Positions 44,226 to 49,573 of a stretch of DNA of 49,573 nucleotides are shown one piece after another. The notes below the pieces were generated by a model, which saw only the letters and a program-made list of their open reading frames with translations, was not told where the DNA came from and ran no database searches. The position numbers and the translations under genes were made by a program. Origin of the DNA: an uncultured Armatimonadia bacterium (GTDB lineage Bacteria > Armatimonadota > Zipacnadia > Zipacnadales > FEN-943); contig CAZSOQ010000003.1 in assembly GCA_964608495.1 (NCBI GenBank), forward strand, positions 1 to 49,573. The letters run 5' to 3'. Numbering within the stretch: position 1 is the first letter of the stretch; every line of letters begins with the position of its first letter.

Positions 44226-45935
44226 TCAGTCGGCTTCCTGTTCTTGCGGCTGCGACTTTCGGGGCCGCAGTAGCGATCCGATAACCATGCCGAGGGCGCA
44301 TAGAACGATGGTGGCGATCGCGATCTTGGTCTCGGTCATCCAGGGCAGCCCCCAGTCCTTCCAAGGGAAGACGCCAGGAACGGCGAGCAGGCCCAGGGAC
44401 AGGGCTGCGAGGGCGCCGGCCTCGGAGGCACGCTTCCAGTACAGGCCACCCACGATGCAGACGAAGGCCCCCGCCAGGTAGACAGTGCCGGTAATGGCCA
44501 TATAGGTCCACAGGGTGCTGGGGGCCTCATACCACAGGCCCCAGACCAACAGGAACAGGCCCACAGCGACGATCAGGATGCGCGTCAGCAGGATCCGGCC
44601 GCGCTCCGACAGGTCCTCGGGCTCAAGGAGTCTCGGCACCGTGCGAACCAGATAGCCAGCGACCCAGGCGCCAGGGATGACGCCGAGGGCCCGCCAGAGC
44701 TCGGGGACGCCGACCGCGCCGAGCAGGGGATAGAGCACGGCGACAACGCAGATGCCGCCGAGGATCCCGCAGACCTGACCGACGATGGCCCGTCCGCGCG
44801 GGCCCACGCGGTACAGCGGCGCCACAACGTCCTGGGTGATGACCGAGGCCCACATCAGCAAGTAGCTGTCCTGGGCGCTCATGAAGGCGGCCATCATGCC
44901 GGCCGTAACGATGCCGATGAGAACGGGTGGGAAGGCTCGGGCGAAGAAGACCGGCATGGCGTACTGGGTCGAGAGCGTGGGGTTCCCGCCAAGGAAGGCC
45001 GCGGCCAGATCGGGGCGGGCCGAGACGTAGGCCAGAGCCGCAGCGCCCCAGGTCACCGGCAGCACGACCCGCGACAGGAAGGTGATCGAGGACCAGCCAT
45101 AGAGCTTCTGGGCCACGCTGGGACTGCGGGAGGCCAGCGCGCGGGCGGTCGCCGTGGCCCACAGGGACCCGGCCGCCACGCCCATGTAGATCATCCACAG
45201 GATGTAGAGCCAGCCGTAGCCGTCGGAGGCCACCGGATTGAGCCCGGCCAAGCCCCGCTCAGCCACGACAGCCGAGGTGATGTCGCCCCAGGAGATCTGG
45301 GTCAGCACCCAGATCGTGGCGATGACGGTGGCGCCGCCCAGCACCACGAACTGGGTGTAGTCCACGATGACGATGGAGACCATGCCGCCCAGAACGGTGT
45401 AGATGAGCATGAGGATGCACATCACCGTCATCAGCAGCTTCAGGCCCAGGCCGGTGCCGATGCCCAGCACGCAGGTCATGAACCTGGCCCCCGCCTGGAG
45501 GAACAGGCCCATGTTGAGGATGCCGGCGAGGGCCAGGATGATGCCGCCGAGCACCCGAGCCTTGCGGCTGTACCGGAGCTCGTAGTACTCGGGGATGGTC
45601 ATGATGGCGCACTCGCGGAGCGGGCGGATGATGAACCCGGTCAGGCCGACGATGAGCAGCCCCAGGCCCCAGCAGACACCTATGACATAGGCGGAGAGGC
45701 CCTTCTCGAAGCCCTCCTGGGCGTTGTACATGTACGTAACGAGGCCGATCTCGGTGCCGGCCATGCTGCCGACTGCGAGGAAGAGCCCGAGGCCACGGCC
45801 GGCAACCACGAAGTCCGTGAGCCCCTTGACGTAGCGGTTGACCCAGATCCCGATACCCACGCTGCCGAGCAGGTAGGCGAAGACGATGACCCAGTCGATG
45901 TTGGTGAAATTGGTCTGGGACACCACGGAATCCAT
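44226..45935 (-). CDS. Sodium:solute symporter (SSS) family protein
   Basis: DFVVAGRGL, TIPEYYELRY, YTVLGGM, AAFMS, GGLYWKRA; many TM helices; GGAGGG RBS. Confidence 0.92.
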   Translation of the reverse strand: MDSVVSQTNFTNIDWVIVFAYLLGSVGIGIWVNRYVKGLTDFVVAGRGLGLFLAVGSMAGTEIGLVTYMYNAQEGFEKGLSAYVIGVCWGLGLLIVGLTGFIIRPLRECAIMTIPEYYELRYSRKARVLGGIILALAGILNMGLFLQAGARFMTCVLGIGTGLGLKLLMTVMCILMLIYTVLGGMVSIVIVDYTQFVVLGGATVIATIWVLTQISWGDITSAVVAERGLAGLNPVASDGYGWLYILWMIYMGVAAGSLWATATARALASRSPSVAQKLYGWSSITFLSRVVLPVTWGAAALAYVSARPDLAAAFLGGNPTLSTQYAMPVFFARAFPPVLIGIVTAGMMAAFMSAQDSYLLMWASVITQDVVAPLYRVGPRGRAIVGQVCGILGGICVVAVLYPLLGAVGVPELWRALGVIPGAWVAGYLVRTVPRLLEPEDLSERGRILLTRILIVAVGLFLLVWGLWYEAPSTLWTYMAITGTVYLAGAFVCIVGGLYWKRASEAGALAALSLGLLAVPGVFPWKDWGLPWMTETKIAIATIVLCALGMVIGSLLRPRKSQPQEQEAD

Positions 45936-45972
45936 GGCCCGCCCTCCCGGCCGAAGGAATGGCTCGGGGGGT

Positions 45973-46013
45973 ATTCGCGCCGGATGGCAGGTTCTCCTTC
46001 CGCCGGAGCGAAG
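45973..46013. promoter_or_regulatory. Overlapping divergent SigH-like promoter motifs
   Basis: Minus strand: AGGA (45998-45995)-N18-GAAT (45976-45973). Plus strand: (GC)AGGT (45989-45992)-N17-GAAG (46010-46013). Confidence 0.45.
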
Positions 46014-46057
46014 GGACAGACAACGCCCACTCCCCGCTACGGGACGGAGGCGGAAGC

Positions 46058-49000
46058 ATGGCTGTGTGGCTTGGACTGGCCGCCTTCCTGGCGGCGCCGG
46101 CGCCTTCCCTGCTGCCCCCGGACTACGAGCCGCTGCTCGAGCTGAGGGGGATAGCGTCGTCGGGCAGGAACTACGACGAGATGCTGTGGGACGTGGTCGT
46201 GGGCAAGCGCCCGGACGGGAGCCGGTTCCTGTGGGCCAGGCTCCACGGCGGCGAGGTGTGCGAGGACTGGCGGGACGGGCCGGGCAACGACTGGGTTGAC
46301 GCCCCCTACGTGCGCCTGCTCGACGGCGACGGCCGGGAGATCGCCCGCCTGAATGTCCACGAGGGCAAGCTGGGCGCCGGCGCCGAGCAGTACGGGCCCA
46401 AGGAAGCGATCCGCGAGCTCGGCGACCTGCCTGAGACCTTCAATGTGGCCGTGGGATACGTCGGCTACCTGGACCTGTCGCACCCGCCGGGCGGCGCCGA
46501 CGAGATGCTCCTGGCCCCACCACCGCCCGAGCCGAGGGACGTGGTGGACGGTGCGCTGGAGCGTTGCGGCAGGGAGCGGGCGGCCGTGATCGAGCGAGTG
46601 GAGGCCGGCCGCCGCGCCGATCCCGAGGCCGCCGCGGCGCTGCTCGACCTGCTCGACCGGAGCGTGGAGCCTCTGCTTCGCGCGCAGGTCGCGGAGTCCT
46701 TCCCCGAGGGCTGGCACGAGGGCGTGTACGCGGGCAGTCCCAGCTTCCGCCTGTCACCCGAGGGCAGGCCGGGCCGAGCCGCGCAGATCACCGGCACGAC
46801 GACGGACCGAGGATGCCTGCAGCAAGCCGTGACGGCCCTGCAGGAGGGTCGTCGCTACCACCTCAGCGCCCTCTACCGCACCTCCGGCCTCAAGCGGGCG
46901 AGGGACGACGGCGGTCTGCGGATCAGGGCGATGTTCCAGCGAGAGGACGGGTCCTCCGCCAACCAGGAGAAGCACGTGTACCTCGTGGGCGACCCCGAGG
47001 CCCGCGAGTGGACTAGGCTCGAGGGTTCCTTCACCGTGCCGGCCACGACCCAGCGCACGACGGTGGAAGTGTTCTTGTGGTACGCGGAGGGGACGGTCTG
47101 GTGGGACGACGTGGTGCTGGCGCCCGAAGCGGCCGACGGGCAGGCCCGGGAGCCCGTCAGCCTGCTGGCCAATCCCGGCTTCGACAGAGCGCGGCAGGAC
47201 CTGCTGGGGGGCTTCTCGCGAGGCACGTCGGAGTGGCGGTTCCGCGAGACCGCGCAGACCTGCGCGGGGCTGGCCTTCCTGTACGCCTGCCCGCGGTCCC
47301 GGTGGCATGGCGACGCGGGGGTGCTGGCGGCGACGGTCAAGGCGATTGAGTTCCACCGGAGAGGGATGAGCCCGGTCGGGCGATGGTACGAGAAGGACGC
47401 GAACGTGGATCGGTTCGCCCTGGCGCCGATGGCCGAGGCCGTGCTGCTCATCGCCGACGCGGTGCCCAGGGACACGCTGGCGGCCTGGCTCGGGATGCTG
47501 CGGCGGGCGGGCCAGTATCAGCTAGAGACCTACTTCGCGCACTCGACGGGCACCTACCCCAACATGGACGCCTACTTCACCCTCTCGGTCGCCCTGGTGG
47601 GACACATCCTCGGCGAGCCGGCGATGCTCGAGGCGGCGGCGACGCGCGTGGGCCAGGTGCGCCAGTGCCTGGACGAGGGCGGGGGGTTTGAGTACATCCT
47701 GGGCTTCAACCCGGTGGTCGTCTACCAGGACATCACCGTGCAGTGCCTCTACCGGTATCACCTGCTCACCGGCGACGAGGAGGCGCGCGAGCTGGTCGCC
47801 GACACGCGCGACTACTACCCGTGCTTCATCGAGCCGCTGGGGGCGACGGACTCGGGCATGGAGCCGGCGTGGAAGCACTACTGGGGCCATGCGGGGGCGG
47901 TCATGGCGCCCGAGGCCGTGGCCTCCGCCGCCCGGGACGGCCGCAACAAGGGTGCGGCCCGGGTGGTCCTGGCGAAGACGCTGGAGACGGGCCGGGAGCG
48001 CGTCGAGCGCGGCGGAGCCGTGTACAGCGCCTGGATGCACCAGTTCCCCCACGCCCTGCAGTGGCTGAGCGACACGCCCGCGGAGCCCCTGCCCCAGGAC
48101 TTCCTGCGACCTCTGCCCAGCATCCGGGGCTTCCAGGCCAGGCGCGGCGACTGGTGCACGGCGTATCTGACGGGCCGTCCCTCCGCGCGCGATACCTATG
48201 TGTCGCTGGTGACGAGCAAGAGCGGCCCGGGATCGGCCTTCGACGCCTGCCTGATGGGGGTGGCCATCGAGAACCAGACGGCCGACGGGCTGATACACGG
48301 TCTGAGCGACTCGCCCCCGACGATCACGCAAATCGCCGACAACGCCGTGGCCGTGCAGCGCGTGGACACAAGGCTGCACGCGATCGGGCCCGGGCTGGAC
48401 TGGCCCTTCACCCAGGGCCGGTGGATGGACAAGTGGACGTGGTCGCCGTATCCCCGGGGCAGGCCCGAGCCGGGGCCCTGGGGCGCCTCGCAGACCTGGG
48501 TGCTGACGCGAGAGCTGCTGGCCGGGATGGTCTGGGCCGAGGCGGCCGAGGCGGCCGAGGGACGTTTCCTGCGGCTCACAGCCGGGTTCTACCCGGCGGG
48601 CGCGCAGGTCAAGTCGCTCGGCGGGGACGACTTCCTGGTCGGCGACAGGCTCCTGGTCCGCGTCGAGGAGCCCAGGCGCTGGTCCGCTAGAGCCGAAGGC
48701 AACTTCCTGCGCATCACCGACGTAGCCCCAGGCACGCAGCACTGGGAGAGGGGAGCTACGAGGACGGTGGGCCTCGTCTTCGCCGCGGTGCCTACCGGCG
48801 ACGAGCCCGATCTCACCTCCCTCTACCGGAGGGTGCGCTACTGGAGCCTCGGGGAGTGGGGACAGGCGCTGTGGGTGCACGCCCCCTGGGGAGAGGGAGA
48901 CGCCCACTACCTGGCTGTATCCAGCCAGTCGGGGGAGCCGAGGGACCTGGAGACGGCCCTCGCTGGGTCCTACGCGGCGGCCGAGCCGCTGGGCGACAGC

Positions 49001-49102
49001 CCGGCCCTGCGGGTCGCCAAGGGTGAGGACGGCCAGACGATCCTGCGCGGGAGCCTTCCGGCCGAGGGCCTGGGCGTGTGGCGGCTGAGGACAGGGGGCT
49101 GA
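46058..49102 (+). CDS. Large secreted protein with a CBM4/9-like jelly-roll insert and a lyase-like alpha/alpha-toroid plus beta-sandwich region
   Basis: Signal-like N-terminus; YHLSALYRT...WTRLEGSFTVP...GTVWWDDVVL (CBM4/9-like); YPNMD, GGFEY, YRYHLLTGD helical repeats; GGAGG RBS. Confidence 0.6.
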   Translation: MAVWLGLAAFLAAPAPSLLPPDYEPLLELRGIASSGRNYDEMLWDVVVGKRPDGSRFLWARLHGGEVCEDWRDGPGNDWVDAPYVRLLDGDGREIARLNVHEGKLGAGAEQYGPKEAIRELGDLPETFNVAVGYVGYLDLSHPPGGADEMLLAPPPPEPRDVVDGALERCGRERAAVIERVEAGRRADPEAAAALLDLLDRSVEPLLRAQVAESFPEGWHEGVYAGSPSFRLSPEGRPGRAAQITGTTTDRGCLQQAVTALQEGRRYHLSALYRTSGLKRARDDGGLRIRAMFQREDGSSANQEKHVYLVGDPEAREWTRLEGSFTVPATTQRTTVEVFLWYAEGTVWWDDVVLAPEAADGQAREPVSLLANPGFDRARQDLLGGFSRGTSEWRFRETAQTCAGLAFLYACPRSRWHGDAGVLAATVKAIEFHRRGMSPVGRWYEKDANVDRFALAPMAEAVLLIADAVPRDTLAAWLGMLRRAGQYQLETYFAHSTGTYPNMDAYFTLSVALVGHILGEPAMLEAAATRVGQVRQCLDEGGGFEYILGFNPVVVYQDITVQCLYRYHLLTGDEEARELVADTRDYYPCFIEPLGATDSGMEPAWKHYWGHAGAVMAPEAVASAARDGRNKGAARVVLAKTLETGRERVERGGAVYSAWMHQFPHALQWLSDTPAEPLPQDFLRPLPSIRGFQARRGDWCTAYLTGRPSARDTYVSLVTSKSGPGSAFDACLMGVAIENQTADGLIHGLSDSPPTITQIADNAVAVQRVDTRLHAIGPGLDWPFTQGRWMDKWTWSPYPRGRPEPGPWGASQTWVLTRELLAGMVWAEAAEAAEGRFLRLTAGFYPAGAQVKSLGGDDFLVGDRLLVRVEEPRRWSARAEGNFLRITDVAPGTQHWERGATRTVGLVFAAVPTGDEPDLTSLYRRVRYWSLGEWGQALWVHAPWGEGDAHYLAVSSQSGEPRDLETALAGSYAAAEPLGDSPALRVAKGEDGQTILRGSLPAEGLGVWRLRTGG

Positions 49103-49175
49103 CAGGGCCCCCAGGCGACCCGGATGCCTTCGCGCGGCGGTCGGCCGGCAAACCGGCAGGTAAGGAGTGAGGCGA

Positions 49176-49573
49176 ATGGCCCATCGATTCGAGACAGTGC
49201 TCGGGCGTCTGGGCTCGCGGTTCACGCTGGACTTCCTGCCGCAGGAGAACCGGATCCTCTACTCCGCGATGGGGAAGTACTTCGATGAGCCGCTTCCTCT
49301 GCAGATGACCTTCACGCGTGGCCCGCACCAGAGGGCCCTGCCCTTCACGACGGGCGAGGGGCTCGAGATGGTGGAACAGGTGCTCACGCCCACGAGCGTG
49401 ACCTTCCGCTGCCACAGCAGGGAGCTGGGCGTGGCCGTGGAGCTGAGCTTCCTGGCGCCCTTCTACCCCCAGGATGTCGAGACGAGCTGCCTGCCGGTCC
49501 ACGTCGTCCGGGCCTCGTGGGAGCCCTGGGGGCGCGCGGGCCGGGAGCCCGACCCGTCGCCGGCCCGCATCAC
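49176..49573 (+). CDS. Hypothetical protein, 3'-truncated (glutaminase GtaA/GH-like N-terminal domain)
   Basis: AAGGAG RBS; MAHRFETVLGRLGSRF...LTPTSVTF...LSFLAPFYPQD; frame is open to the window end. Confidence 0.55.
   Translation, partial: MAHRFETVLGRLGSRFTLDFLPQENRILYSAMGKYFDEPLPLQMTFTRGPHQRALPFTTGEGLEMVEQVLTPTSVTFRCHSRELGVAVELSFLAPFYPQDVETSCLPVHVVRASWEPWGRAGREPDPSPARI

Noticed and set aside
1-49573. CRISPR arrays, tRNA or rRNA genes
   Set aside because: No regularly spaced repeats or tRNA/rRNA signatures were found by eye in the intergenic regions. A tRNAscan/Infernal run would be needed to exclude them fully.

Overview
High-GC bacterial chromosomal window, probably from an Armatimonadota-like diderm. 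That assignment is an inference from the '[33 protein letters not shown]' prepilin-like/H-X9-DG protein and a Wza-like exporter. It holds about 40 CDS: housekeeping genes (trxB, pcm, lexA, ftsE-ftsX-M23-S41-LysM/G5, polyprenyl synthase-ispH-ptb, cysS, rpsR, rph-rdgB), several large secreted carbohydrate-related proteins and four xylose-isomerase-like TIM barrels. I saw no rRNA, tRNA, CRISPR array, integrase or transposase. The most notable element is a translationally coupled two-gene unit at 29759-31887 (minus strand): a QatB-like protein starting M-G-T-S plus a QatC/QueC-like PP-loop enzyme. This is the protein-deazaguanylation core of Qat defence systems, here without QatA (KAP NTPase) or QatD (TatD) and among housekeeping genes. 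Also notable: a Gram-positive-type SOS box on the lexA promoter, a recurring AGG(A/T)-N17/18-GAA(T/G) SigH-like promoter motif (6 copies), an unannotated 52-aa membrane ORF after a sodium:solute symporter, a possible rod-shaped ncRNA, and a 1580-aa secreted propeller/methyltransferase-fold/malectin protein. All family calls come from motif recognition by eye, not from database searches.
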